A stretch of 64,000 nt of DNA, taken from NCBI GenBank assembly GCA_963810935.1, contig CAWEPK010000012.1:96001-160000 (forward strand), written 5' to 3'. The notes beneath the pieces were generated by a model, which saw nothing but the letters and a program-made list of their open reading frames with translations, searched no databases and was not told the origin of the DNA. This document shows, in pieces, positions 1 through 9,315 of this stretch. A program made the translations under genes and the position numbers. The first letter of the stretch is position 1; every line of letters starts with the position of its first letter. The DNA comes from an uncultured delta proteobacterium. GTDB taxonomy: Bacteria; Desulfobacterota; Syntrophorhabdia; Syntrophorhabdales; WCHB1-27.

Positions 1-1
1 C

Positions 2-379
2 CTGCTCACCTCTTCCATCACCGCCATCCTCGCCCAGCGCCTCGTCCGGAGGATATGCCCTCATTGCAAGGAGGTCTACGAGCCCACGGAATTCGAGAGC
101 AAGATCCTGGAGGAGTACGGGGGGACCGGCCGCGTCGTCTATAAAGGGACCGGTTGCCCGGAATGCCTGAACACCGGCTATCTCGGCAGGATCGGCGTCT
201 TCGAGCTGCTCACCCTGAACAGCAAGATCAGGCAGATGGTCCAGGAAAAAGCGTCGTCCGAGGAGATAAAGACGGAGGCGGTCCGCAACGGGATGACTAC
301 GCTGCGCCAGGACGGCATCGCCAGGGCCCTTGTCGGAGACACGACAATCGCCGAGATAGTGCGGGTGACGATAGAGTAG
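2..379 (+). CDS. gspE: Type II secretion/T4P assembly ATPase GspE/PilB family, C-terminal part (5' truncated by window)
   Basis: Manual translation of frame 2: LLTSSITAILAQRLVRRICPHCK...GCPECLNTGYLGRIGVFELL...GMTTLRQDG...RVTIE*; tetracysteine and AQRLVR motifs; upstream of gspF. Confidence 0.9.
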   Translation: MLTSSITAILAQRLVRRICPHCKEVYEPTEFESKILEEYGGTGRVVYKGTGCPECLNTGYLGRIGVFELLTLNSKIRQMVQEKASSEEIKTEAVRNGMTTLRQDGIARALVGDTTIAEIVRVTIE

Positions 380-534
380 AGCAAGGTAAACACGATAGTT
401 GGCGCTCTTTGCGAGGGCGTGCCGGACCCCGGTAATTGCCGGTGTTAATTGGCGCCGATGTTCCGGGTATGATAGTCTGATGCGAAAGAGCGCGGAACGA
501 AAGAGCGTATAATAAAGTTTTTCTAAGGGACAGG

Positions 535-1750
535 ATGAATTACAAGTATTACGCAGTCGATAAGAACGGGAAGCTCGAGCACGGCCGCTTGGAGGCCGAC
601 GCCGAGTCTACCGCGAAGAACGAGATAAAAAGCAGGGGCCTCTATCTAGTCTCTCTAAAAGAAGAATCTACGGCCCAGGGGAAGAAGAAACGTTTCCTCT
701 TCTCCTTCGGGATCAAGCAGAGGCTGCCCGTGCAGCTCGCGCGCCAGCTCGCCTCCCTCTTAAGGGGCGGCGTGCCCCTCTTCCAGGCGCTCAGCATCAT
801 GACCAACCAGCTCGAAGGCGACAGGGAGAAGGAGATAGTCGGCTACCTGCGCGACGAAGTGAAAGGCGGCGCCTCGCTTTCGGAAGCCCTCAAGACCTAT
901 CCGGAGATATTCGATACACTGTTCATTTACTCCGTGGCTGCCGGCGAAAAGACAGGCGCCCTGGACTCGATCCTCAGGTACCAGGCGGACCTCCTGGAAA
1001 GCCGGGCGATGGTAAAGTCGAAGATCAAGGCCGCCCTCGTCTACCCGGCCATTATGTGCTGCGTCGGCGCCGGCGTCCTCCTCTTCCTGATCGGCTACGT
1101 GGTGCCGATGGTGACGAAGATATTCGACCGCATGAACCAGCAATTGCCACTGCCCACGCAGTTGTTGATGGCCATAACCGATTTCGTCAACAGCTACCTC
1201 ATTTTCTTCGTAATCTTCGCCGTCATCGCCTTTTTCGCCGTCATGCGGTGGGTCAAGAAGAGTGCGAAAGGCAGACAGTTCTGGGACAACTTCGTCCTGG
1301 GCTTCCCCATGTTCGGCGCCCTCTACCAGATGGTCCTGGTCGGCCGGTTCGCAAAGATCCTCGGCACGCTGCTCCGGAGCGGCGTCCATATGCTCCAGTC
1401 GCTCGTCGTCGTCGAGCTCGACGATGAAAAACACCATCGTGGCGGAAGCGGTATTAAACATGTCCAGAATGGTCGAACGCGGGTCGGACCTCTCGATTGC
1501 GCTTCGGGAGACGTCCATTTTCCCGCCGTATATAGCCGACATGGTGTCGGTGGGCGAGTCGAGCGGCAACCTGGAGGAGATGCTGTCGAGCGTCTCCGAG
1601 TACTACGAAAATAACGCGAACCAGAAGATAGCCGCCTTCACGTCGATGGTGGAGCCGCTCATCATAGTCATACTGGGGGCGGTCATAGCGTTTATTCTCG
1701 TCTCGATACTTTTGCCTCTGTTCGAGATGAACAAGGTGCTGATCAAATGA
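535..1750 (+). CDS. gspF: Type II secretion inner-membrane platform protein GspF/PilC (frameshift near 1412)
   Basis: ORF 535..1614 ([26 protein letters not shown]) continues in ORF 1262..1750 ([25 protein letters not shown]). Confidence 0.9.
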
Positions 1751-1767
1751 AGTTTCAAGGAGGACAC

Positions 1768-2226
1768 ATGCTACGTGCAAGAATGGAAAACAACCGGGGA
1801 GGCTTTACCCTTATCGAGTTGATGATCGTTATCGTCATCATAGGCATCCTCGCAACCCTGCTCATCCCGAGGATCATGGAAAGGCCGGAGGAGGCACGCA
1901 GGGTAAAGGCCAAGATGGACATCAAGGCCATCGAGAGCGCCCTGAAGCTCTACAAGATAGACTGCGGCTCGTATCCGACCACGGAGCAGGGCCTCATATC
2001 CCTTCTCAAGAAACCCGAGACCGCGCCCGTCCCGCTCAAATGGAGGGAGGGGGGCTACCTCGACGGCACGGACGTCCCCAAGGACCCCTGGGGCAAGCCT
2101 TACTACTATACTTCCCCCACAACGGCCGGGAAGGACTACGAAATCGTGAGCTACGGCCACGACGGCGAGCCGGGCGGAACAGGCAAGGATGCGGACATTA
2201 CGAGCCTTGACATCTCGAAAGACTAA
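1768..2226 (+). CDS. gspG: Major pseudopilin GspG
   Basis: [15 protein letters not shown] prepilin motif; [23 protein letters not shown] signatures; RBS AGGAGG before ATG 1768. Confidence 0.95.
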   Translation: MLRARMENNRGGFTLIELMIVIVIIGILATLLIPRIMERPEEARRVKAKMDIKAIESALKLYKIDCGSYPTTEQGLISLLKKPETAPVPLKWREGGYLDGTDVPKDPWGKPYYYTSPTTAGKDYEIVSYGHDGEPGGTGKDADITSLDISKD

Positions 2227-2719
2227 GGGTTTTACCCTAGTCGAGCTGCTCGTCGTCATCCTCATTCTCTCTATCTTCCTCACCTTCGCTTCCGTAAACT
2301 GGAACGTGGGGACGAAAAAAGGGAAGGAGGCCCTGCTGGAGAAGTTCTCGATCGACGTCGCCATGATCAGGGAAGACGCGATCTCGAAGTACGAGGACAG
2401 GGTCATCGAGTTCGACGTCACCAACAACACGGCCCGCATCGGGAGGATCGACCTGAAGCAGGGTTTTGTGGAGACGAACCGTCTCGATCTTGTGAAGGAC
2501 TACCGGATCAAGGACATACTCATCAACGGGCAGCCGTATTCGCAGGGCAAGTGCTACATGACCTTCTATACCAGCGGCATGGTAGACAGGGCCGTCATCC
2601 ACGCGGAGGGAGACCCGGGACCCTATTCATTAACGGTAAATCCTTTGACGGCAAAGGTCACAGGGGATAATGGCTACATCCAGGAAATCACCATCAAGGG
2701 CAGGGACAACTTTACTTGA
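2189..2719 (+). CDS. Minor pseudopilin, GspH-like
   Basis: [15 protein letters not shown] prepilin motif; directly after gspG; exact start uncertain. Confidence 0.75.
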   Translation: MRTLRALTSRKTKGFTLVELLVVILILSIFLTFASVNWNVGTKKGKEALLEKFSIDVAMIREDAISKYEDRVIEFDVTNNTARIGRIDLKQGFVETNRLDLVKDYRIKDILINGQPYSQGKCYMTFYTSGMVDRAVIHAEGDPGPYSLTVNPLTAKVTGDNGYIQEITIKGRDNFT

Positions 2720-3101
2720 GGTAATGATCGCGATTGCGATCGCCTCCCTCGCGCTCGTCTCCTTTATCAGTCTCGTACTAACGTCGGTAGACATGGAATA
2801 CCACGCGAGGAAGATAACGGACGCGACGTTTGCCGCGGACGACAAGATGAAGGAGATAGAAAGGCTCGGCTACCCGGAACCGGGGCAGACCGAAGGGCCG
2901 ATCTATGCGCAGCAGGCGCCTGCGCCCGGCAGCGTGCTGTCCATAGGCTCGGCTGCCGCACAGGCGCCGACCGACTTTACGTATAAGGCGACGGTGACCG
3001 AGACGCCGATTCAGAACGTGCGCCAGATAGACGTGGAGATTTACTGGGACAAAAAGCGCCGGTCGGTCGTGCTGACCACGTTCATCGCCAAACAGCAATA
3101 A
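2670..3101 (+). CDS. Minor pseudopilin, GspI-like
   Basis: [14 protein letters not shown] prepilin-like motif; C-terminal VTETPIQNVRQIDVEIYW typical of GspI. Confidence 0.75.
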   Translation: MATSRKSPSRAGTTLLEVMIAIAIASLALVSFISLVLTSVDMEYHARKITDATFAADDKMKEIERLGYPEPGQTEGPIYAQQAPAPGSVLSIGSAAAQAPTDFTYKATVTETPIQNVRQIDVEIYWDKKRRSVVLTTFIAKQQ

Positions 3102-3143
3102 ACGTTTTCAGTTGCAAGGCGACCGGGAAGACCTCATGACATC

Positions 3144-3506
3144 TTATTTGTCGCCCGTCGGCTCTATTAGTCCCAGGCGTATTAACTTTTGTGCCAGGGA
3201 ATATATATCTTTCTTGTCGCTTTCTTTGCGGAGGCCCACTGCGACAACGAGGACGATCACGGCTGCCGCCTCCACGCGGTAGATTATCCTGTACCGCTCC
3301 CCGGCGGCACGCACGCAGCGATATCCCCGCAATTCACCGTGCCACTCCTTGCCCTGCTTGCCGGGGTCGCGCCTAAGTTGGTCGATCTTCTTTATAATCA
3401 GCTCCCTGACCCGCCTGTCCGTTACACCCCTGACCATTTCAAGGGCCGTGGGCGTTATGCGTATGGCGCAGGTCAGCCCTTCAGCCCTTTTTTCGCGCTT
3501 TCCCAC
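3144..3506 (-). CDS. RelE/ParE family toxin (start may be CTG at 3476)
   Basis: AIRITPTA...GELRGYRCVRAAGERYRIIYRV...VLVVAVGLRK; downstream of and overlapping the antitoxin. Confidence 0.85.
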   Translation of the reverse strand: MGKREKRAEGLTCAIRITPTALEMVRGVTDRRVRELIIKKIDQLRRDPGKQGKEWHGELRGYRCVRAAGERYRIIYRVEAAAVIVLVVAVGLRKESDKKDIYSLAQKLIRLGLIEPTGDK

Positions 3507-3745
3507 GGGATCGTTTTGCCCTCCTGCGCTTCCCTCACGCCTCGCCGCAAGGACTTCATCAGTTTTTCATCGCCCATGATCTCTATTGTCTCATACAGGG
3601 CCTCGAAAAACTCCCACGACATTATTGCCAGCACGGGTTTTCCCCTCCGGGTGACGGCCACCGTCCGGTCTCTGCCCTCGGCTTCCAGGTCTTCGGGCAG
3701 CGATGTCAGCTTCTTTCTCGCCTCTATCATGGGTATCGTCTGCAT
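3473..3745 (-). CDS. Phd/YefM family antitoxin
   Basis: MQTIPMIEARKKLTSL...VAVTRRGKPVLAIMS...YETIEIM; RBS GAGGTGG. Confidence 0.9.
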   Translation of the reverse strand: MQTIPMIEARKKLTSLPEDLEAEGRDRTVAVTRRGKPVLAIMSWEFFEALYETIEIMGDEKLMKSLRRGVREAQEGKTIPWESAKKGLKG

Positions 3746-3764
3746 GTACCACCTCATTAGTGAC

Positions 3765-3809
3765 GTACTACTAAAGGTACATTATAGTGTACATGTCAGG
3801 GAAAGTCAA
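3765..3809 (-). promoter_or_regulatory. Sigma70 promoter and GTAC operator array of the TA operon
   Basis: Minus strand TTGACT(3809-3804)-17 bp-TATAAT(3786-3781); GTAC at 3765, 3777 and 3789 (12-bp period); palindrome GTACA-N6-TGTAC. Confidence 0.75.
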
Positions 3810-5146
3810 TCCGTTCTGACAACTTGTCTTTTCGCCACGCCGGTAGTTTTGAAAACGCCCTCTCCCGAAAAGCGGACGATGGGGGTAGCAAGGGTAGACG
3901 CGGCGAAGGCTCTCCGTATGGCGTCGATTTCGCCCAGGGCACGGAGGACTTCCGTCTCCGTGAGGTGTGCGCCCTCTGCACCGTAGACGTCCACGTGCAG
4001 GCGGAAAATGGCATCGTCGCCTTTCGATACCGAGGCCCGGTAATCGAGGAGGCCGGGCAGGCCGAAGAGCGCCTCGTCCATGTCGGGCAGCGTAAGCATT
4101 GGCCAGCCGCGCCCCAGGCTGGTCCTCCCCTCCCACCTGCCTTTCACAGCCTCCATCCGCCGCAGGGCAGACCCGCAGGGACATGGCTCAGAGATCATCC
4201 GCGCGATGTCTCCCGTCCTGTAACGAATAAGGGGCATGCCTTTGCGCGTAAGCGTCGTGAAAACGACTTCGCCCGTTACGCCGTCGGGGCACGCCTGGCC
4301 CGTCTCGTGGTCCACGATCTCGAAATAGAGGTCGGCTTCCCTCATGTGGTAGCCCTCAAGCGCTGCACACTCGACACAGCCGCCGAGGCCCGTCTCCGTC
4401 GTGCCATAATGGCCGAACACCCGGCAGCCCCAGACATTCCCCAGCGTCCCGGTTATCGCGCGGGGCACGTAATCCGTGCTCAGAAGCACGCTCTCTATGG
4501 CCCCTTTGGCGATTGCGGACCCTTCTTGCGAAAGCGCAACGGCCAGCACCTGCGTAGGGATGCCGACGAGGCAATGGGCCCCGAACGAGGCGATTTCGCG
4601 CGCAGCGCCGGGCGGGTCCGACACAGGGCCGTAGATAAGGACGTCTGCGTCCATCCTCCGCAAGCCCCGCGCGAGGAGGTCCCCCACGCTGTCCGGCTTC
4701 TCGCCCGGCAGGAGGATCGCTACCTTTTGCCCTGGCCGCACCATCGTGCCCATGCCGTTATGGAAGAAGTCCACGGTAAGCTCCAGGTCTTCCTCCGTGA
4801 AGAAGAGGCGCTTGGCCTCCCCCGTGCTGCCCGACGTGCGCAGGGTGACGATGCGGGCTATGTCGTCCTGCGGTACGGCAAGGAAAGAAAACGGGGAGGC
4901 TGCGATATCCGACGGCGTAGTAAACGGGACCCGGCCGATCTCCGATAGACTGTCGAGGGGCGCATCGGGAAGCCCGGCAAGATTGCGGCGATAGAAAGGC
5001 GCGCTGCGGCGGGCGTAGTCGATTGTCTCGTTTATCTTTCGGAGTTGATAGTCTTCCAGGGCGTCGGTAAACGCGCTGCCCTCCTTCGCGCCGCCGATGC
5101 CTGCCTTTTCCGCGATCCATTTTTGCAGCGGCGTGACGGGTATCAT
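3806..5146 (-). CDS. AMP-dependent CoA ligase, PaaK/F390-synthetase-like (DVU_1553 family)
   Basis: TSGSTG P-loop, HYGTTETG, PLIRYRTGD motifs; context with radical SAM and methyltransferase. Confidence 0.85.
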   Translation of the reverse strand: MIPVTPLQKWIAEKAGIGGAKEGSAFTDALEDYQLRKINETIDYARRSAPFYRRNLAGLPDAPLDSLSEIGRVPFTTPSDIAASPFSFLAVPQDDIARIVTLRTSGSTGEAKRLFFTEEDLELTVDFFHNGMGTMVRPGQKVAILLPGEKPDSVGDLLARGLRRMDADVLIYGPVSDPPGAAREIASFGAHCLVGIPTQVLAVALSQEGSAIAKGAIESVLLSTDYVPRAITGTLGNVWGCRVFGHYGTTETGLGGCVECAALEGYHMREADLYFEIVDHETGQACPDGVTGEVVFTTLTRKGMPLIRYRTGDIARMISEPCPCGSALRRMEAVKGRWEGRTSLGRGWPMLTLPDMDEALFGLPGLLDYRASVSKGDDAIFRLHVDVYGAEGAHLTETEVLRALGEIDAIRRAFAASTLATPIVRFSGEGVFKTTGVAKRQVVRTD

Positions 5147-6560
5147 GCTTCCTGCCGGCGGTAGAGCCCTGTTCCGTCCGTGGCCGTGCAGTTGTACGCG
5201 CAGAACGGGATGAGCCTGCCGTCACGGCTGATAACCGATATGCAGCAGCCGCGCAGGCGCTCGAGGTCGAGGTTATGCGCGTCCTGGAAGGCCATCGCCG
5301 ATATGGTGAAGCTCCGCTCCGCGATGTTTTGCAGGAAATCGTCAAGGTCGATTGCGCCCTCGACCCGCACCGCGTCAGCCCCTACCGTACCGCAGCAGGG
5401 AATCTTTGAACCGGGCGAGGGGCGGCTAAGCAGAGACGGCGCGGACGGCAGCGTCCAGCGGCGCGATACTGTCTCAATGGTCTTCCCTACCCCGCCTGGG
5501 CCGGCAGCCGGGCAGCAAGTGCCTGCTTTCGATTCCCCAAGCGGCCTCAGGCCCCCTTCCGCCTGGATCATGTACGTGGCATGGAAGGAACAGTGGGCGT
5601 GCTCGCAGCCCGGAGGCGAGAAATCGGCCGTCTTCATAAGACCCGCAGTCTGCCGTTCAAGGGCTCTCATCAGCTCGGGGAGCGTAAAGCGGCCGTCGTC
5701 CCCGCGCTGCTTCGGGAAGCGGCCGAAGAAGCTCGCCGGCTGGAAGTGGATACCGCGCACTATGGGGGCAAGCTGCATGGCAACGCGGACTATGGAGCCC
5801 ACCGAGCCTGAATTGACGCCTGCGATGATGGTAGGCACAAGGATGACGCCCAGGCCCGCCTCTCCGCAGTTGCGGACGGCGCGGAGCTTCTCGTCCAAAA
5901 GCGGCCTGCCCCGCATGGAGCGGTAGACCCGTCGTCCACGCCGTCGAACTGGAGGAAAACCGACGAGAGGCCTGCCGCGGCGAGGCGCTTGCAGTATTCG
6001 ATATCGCGCCCAAGGCGCAGGCCGTTCGTGTTGACCTGGATGAAAGAATAGCCCGCCCTCCGCGCAGCTTCAACGATCTCCGGCAGGTCGTCGCGCAGGG
6101 TCGGCTCGCCTCCGGACAATTGCAGGTTGCACGGCCCGGCTGCCGCCATGGCGCGCCCGAAAAGCCATTCGATCTTATCGGCGGGCAGGTCGTCTTCCCG
6201 GCCCCGGCCCGCATCGGCGAAACAGACTGCGCAGGCCAGGTCGCACCGGTCGGTCACCTCGATGAGGACCGAGCAGGGCATCTGCACGTGTTCAGCACAT
6301 AAGCCGCAGTCGAAGGGACACCCTTTCTCTACGTCCGCGTAGCAGACCTCCGGGTGCACCGGTTCTTTGGGCCTTTGCCATTCGGCCATCGACGGCTCCC
6401 CCCGCCATATGACCGTCCGATAAGCGCCGTGCTCTTTGCACTCCTTGACGAGAAAGACGTCGCCGCCTTCGGTGAGCCGCGTAGCTTTGATCTTCTTCAG
6501 GCAGACGGGGCAGACGCTCATCGTCTCAGATGGGTAAGCGTTTTTCATCGTATCGTTCAT
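5143..6560 (-). CDS. Radical SAM protein, TrsS-like (frameshift near 5929)
   Basis: N-terminal SVCPVC...CKEHG, CPFDCGLC, CxxxCxxC (CDLACAVC), SGGEPT; C-terminal MAFQDAHNLDLERLRGCC...IPFCAYN; ATGA overlaps with neighbours. Confidence 0.85.
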
Positions 6561-7224
6561 GGCGTGGCCGTCCTGCCGTGGCCTTTCACGGCTGCGAGAA
6601 GGAAGTAGCTCAGGCGCTGCCCGCACCTCCATGCGCCGGGCAGGCAGGCGCCCGCAAAGATCATGCGCGCCGCAAACTCCTTAAGCTGCCTCTCATATTC
6701 TTCCCATAGAATGACAGAAAAACCGAGGCCGGTCAAAAGGCCGGTGAGCCACTCCTTGCCGATAAAGCCGTCACCGTCCGGCTGCCCGGGGCCCGAGCCG
6801 CCAGGCGCGAAGACGTCGCTTATCACGAGCCGCCCGCCTCCTTTCAGCACCCTGGCGTATTCCGCGAGAGCAGTCTCTTTCCTGGCGACGACCGAAAGGA
6901 CGCACTCGCAGAAGAGGGCGTCGAATGATGCGTCCCTGAAAGGCAGGGCCTCCGCGCGCCCGTCACGAGACTGCCGGGTGCGCACCGCGATGCTGCCTCG
7001 CCGAGGAGCGCACCGGAACAATCCAACCCAACGCCTTGCAAGCCGGCGGCCTCCAGGTATTCGAGCGTCCCCCCTGCCCCGCAGCCGATATCTCCTGCAA
7101 GACTGCCTGGGGCTAACCCGCAGGCATCCAAGGCCCGCGCAGTGAGCAAAGGGCCTCCGGGCCTTATGCAGGGTCCGGTGACGCGTCCGACGTCCGGCCA
7201 GTTGAAAGAACAATCGAGAGTCAT
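6557..7224 (-). CDS. Class I SAM-dependent methyltransferase, DVU_1556-like (frameshift near 6960)
   Basis: IRPGGPLLT, DIGCGAG motif I in 6844..7224 frame; AEALPFRDASFDALFCECVLS...RVLKGGG in 6557..7213 frame. Confidence 0.85.
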
Positions 7225-7245
7225 GCGAAGGACCGCACCAGGCGG

Positions 7246-7455
7246 CTACTTGTCTTCGAGGGCTTGCTCCGCTTCGAACATCTTAACGGTCGCCAGCTCT
7301 TCATCAATAAGTATCATACCGCATCCGGGACACGCGGGGAGGTCGGCGGCAAAGATCGTCCTCCTGTATTGGAGCCTGATCGTCTGCACTTCCGGCGGCA
7401 CGCCGCACTTGTTACAAATCCATCCACCGCAGGCGGCCTCATACCTTTCGCTCAT
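7246..7455 (-). CDS. Small zinc-ribbon/redox protein, DVU_1557-like
   Basis: WICNKC...LPACPGCGMILIDEELA...MFEAEQALEDK; two CxxC motifs. Confidence 0.8.
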   Translation of the reverse strand: MSERYEAACGGWICNKCGVPPEVQTIRLQYRRTIFAADLPACPGCGMILIDEELATVKMFEAEQALEDK

Positions 7456-7724
7456 ATCCCCGGCCTCTTCATCTCCATCCTGTGCGAATAGGCACTGTGG
7501 ACATCGTATTCGTCGCCGACGCGGCTGTATTCGACCCAGAAGGTGACCCTGTCCGGCCGCAACGAAGCCAGGGAGCGACCGTTCACAGGGTTTACGAACT
7601 TCTCCCCTGTGGCCTCGGCGTGGCCGATCACCACCTGAATGTCCTGCTTCGTGATGCCCCTCGCCTCCATAAGGCGCCCGACCCTCTCGTCGATGCGCAG
7701 GCGAATCTCTTCATGGCTGTCCAT
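7452..7724 (-). CDS. Stand-alone ~90-aa protein resembling the C-terminal domain of DVU_1558-type dicluster oxidoreductases
   Basis: IQVVIGHAEATGEKF...VTFWVEYS...VHSAYSHRME; overlaps the next gene by ATGA. Confidence 0.6.
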   Translation of the reverse strand: MDSHEEIRLRIDERVGRLMEARGITKQDIQVVIGHAEATGEKFVNPVNGRSLASLRPDRVTFWVEYSRVGDEYDVHSAYSHRMEMKRPGI

Positions 7725-7850
7725 TTTGTTCCCCGAACCGTTTTTTACTAAGGAGTTTTGCGTCCCGCCGATCATTGAGATTTAATCAAGATATGGCCCT
7801 CGTGTCAAGGGAAAAGACGGACATAAAAGGATAATAAATACCAATAAATG

Positions 7851-8010
7851 ACCCTGCTGCAAGCAGCAGGGTATCCAGGGCAACGAGCGAAGGCGAGTCT
7901 TTGAGGGGGAGGCTCCACCGGCTTTGCCGGTGGAGGGGGCGACGCTAGCCCCAGTAATTGCCACGGAGCGAAGCGAAAAGAGGTCTCCCTGCAGCAAGCT
8001 GCAGGGAATC
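7851..8010. mobile_element. Non-autonomous palindromic element (IS200/IS605-end-like MITE/PATE or REP doublet)
   Basis: Terminal hairpins ACCCTGCTGC-AA-GCAGCAGGGT (7851-7872) and TCCCTGCAGC-AA-GCTGCAGGGA (7986-8007), both followed by ATCC; central hairpin CTCCACCGGC-TTT-GCCGGTGGAG (7913-7935); no transposase. Confidence 0.6.
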
Positions 8011-8118
8011 CACCAGTTGATGCCACGCCTTGTAGGTCGCGCCAGCGCCCGCTTCCTCTTTGCCTTTGACATAGAGCGTTCTATCTTTTATCATCTTCAT
8101 GAGGAGGAGGTAAAGCGC

Positions 8119-9033
8119 ATGTCCGAAGAGATGATGAACACGAAAGAAGTCGCGCGTTATCTCGGCATCAACGGGAAGCAGGTATACGCCCTGATCGGAC
8201 AGAAGAGGATACCGGCCACGCGGGTCACCGGGAAATGGGTCTTCCCCAGGAAGCTCATTGACGAATGGATCGAGTCGAGCGCCAAATCCGCCCTCGAGCA
8301 GGTGAGCCGGAAAACGGAGAGGATCGAAGGCGGTCTTCTCGCCTCCGGCAGCAACGACCCGATCCTCGACATGCTGCACACGGACGTGCGGAGGATGCAC
8401 CCCGATTTCTACCTCTTCTCGGCGAGCACCGGGAGCACCGACGGCCTGAAAACCCTTAATATGGGCTACACGGACATCGCATGGTCGCACCTGTACGACC
8501 CAGAAACGGACGAATACAACATCCCTTTCCTGCCCGTTTATGCCCCGAATATAAAACCCGTAGTAGTCAACCTTTTCTACAGGGAGCTGGGGTTTCTGGC
8601 GGCCCACCGCAACCCGCTGGACATCAAGGGCTTCGAGGACCTCATCCGCAGGAAGGTCCGCTTCATCAACAGGCAAAAGGGGTCAGGCACCCGCAATTTG
8701 ATCGACCACAACCTCGGCCGCCTCGGCATCGACCCCGCCGGTATTCAAGGGTACGAGAACGAGGTAAATACGCACCTCGAAGTGGGCCTCTCCATCGTTT
8801 CCGGGGAATCGGACGTGGGCGTGGCCACCGTGGCGGTCTCCAGCTTTCTCGGCCTCTCGTTCATCCCTATCACGCGCGAAAGGTTCGATATGATCCTGAG
8901 CCAGCAGACGTTCTTCCAGGGCGGCGTGCAGACGCTGATGGAGGTGCTGAGGTCGGAAACCTTCCGCGCGAGGGTGGCAAGGCTCGGAAATTATGACTTC
9001 AGGGATTCGGGAAAGATATTATACGCGCCGTAA
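8119..9033 (+). CDS. Excisionase-like HTH + PBP (molybdate-binding-type) transcriptional regulator
   Basis: MNTKEVARYL...IPATRVTGKWVFPRKLIDEWI HTH; GSTDGL, FINRQKGSGTR, GYENEVNTH PBP domain; RBS GAGGAGG. Confidence 0.85.
   Translation: MSEEMMNTKEVARYLGINGKQVYALIGQKRIPATRVTGKWVFPRKLIDEWIESSAKSALEQVSRKTERIEGGLLASGSNDPILDMLHTDVRRMHPDFYLFSASTGSTDGLKTLNMGYTDIAWSHLYDPETDEYNIPFLPVYAPNIKPVVVNLFYRELGFLAAHRNPLDIKGFEDLIRRKVRFINRQKGSGTRNLIDHNLGRLGIDPAGIQGYENEVNTHLEVGLSIVSGESDVGVATVAVSSFLGLSFIPITRERFDMILSQQTFFQGGVQTLMEVLRSETFRARVARLGNYDFRDSGKILYAP
8876..9033 (+). repeat. Direct repeat A, copy 1 (3' end of regulator gene)
   Basis: 158 bp; 7 mismatches against 17363-17520 by manual alignment. Confidence 0.95.
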
Positions 9034-9315
9034 GCAGGAAGAATCCTCCCGCCCAGGTCAAGCGCATTTGGAAATTCCCTAAATGGCAGAAATATCTAAA
9101 CAAAGCTGCGTTTTGCGGGTTTCAAGCCCTTCTTACAAAGTTGATGACTATCCGAACGCCTTAAGCAGGCCAATAGCGATCGAAGTAACGTCATAATGTC
9201 AAGATATAACGACATCAAATGAGGAAAGCGCTTGACAGGACATAGTTGCTTCGAATATATTAACAAATTATTAGAATCATGGAATTCATGGAGTAACCAG
9301 CACCGGGGTGTTGTA

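Noticed and set aside
1405..1425. Programmed ribosomal frameshifting in gspF and other split genes
   Set aside because: No slippery heptamer or stimulatory structure; these families are not known to be recoded; errors are more parsimonious.
5143..7455. Selenocysteine recoding in the TrsS-like cluster
   Set aside because: Breaks are frameshifts, not in-frame TGA; the Cys-rich positions (TCCP, PCCG, RGCC) are ordinary Cys codons.
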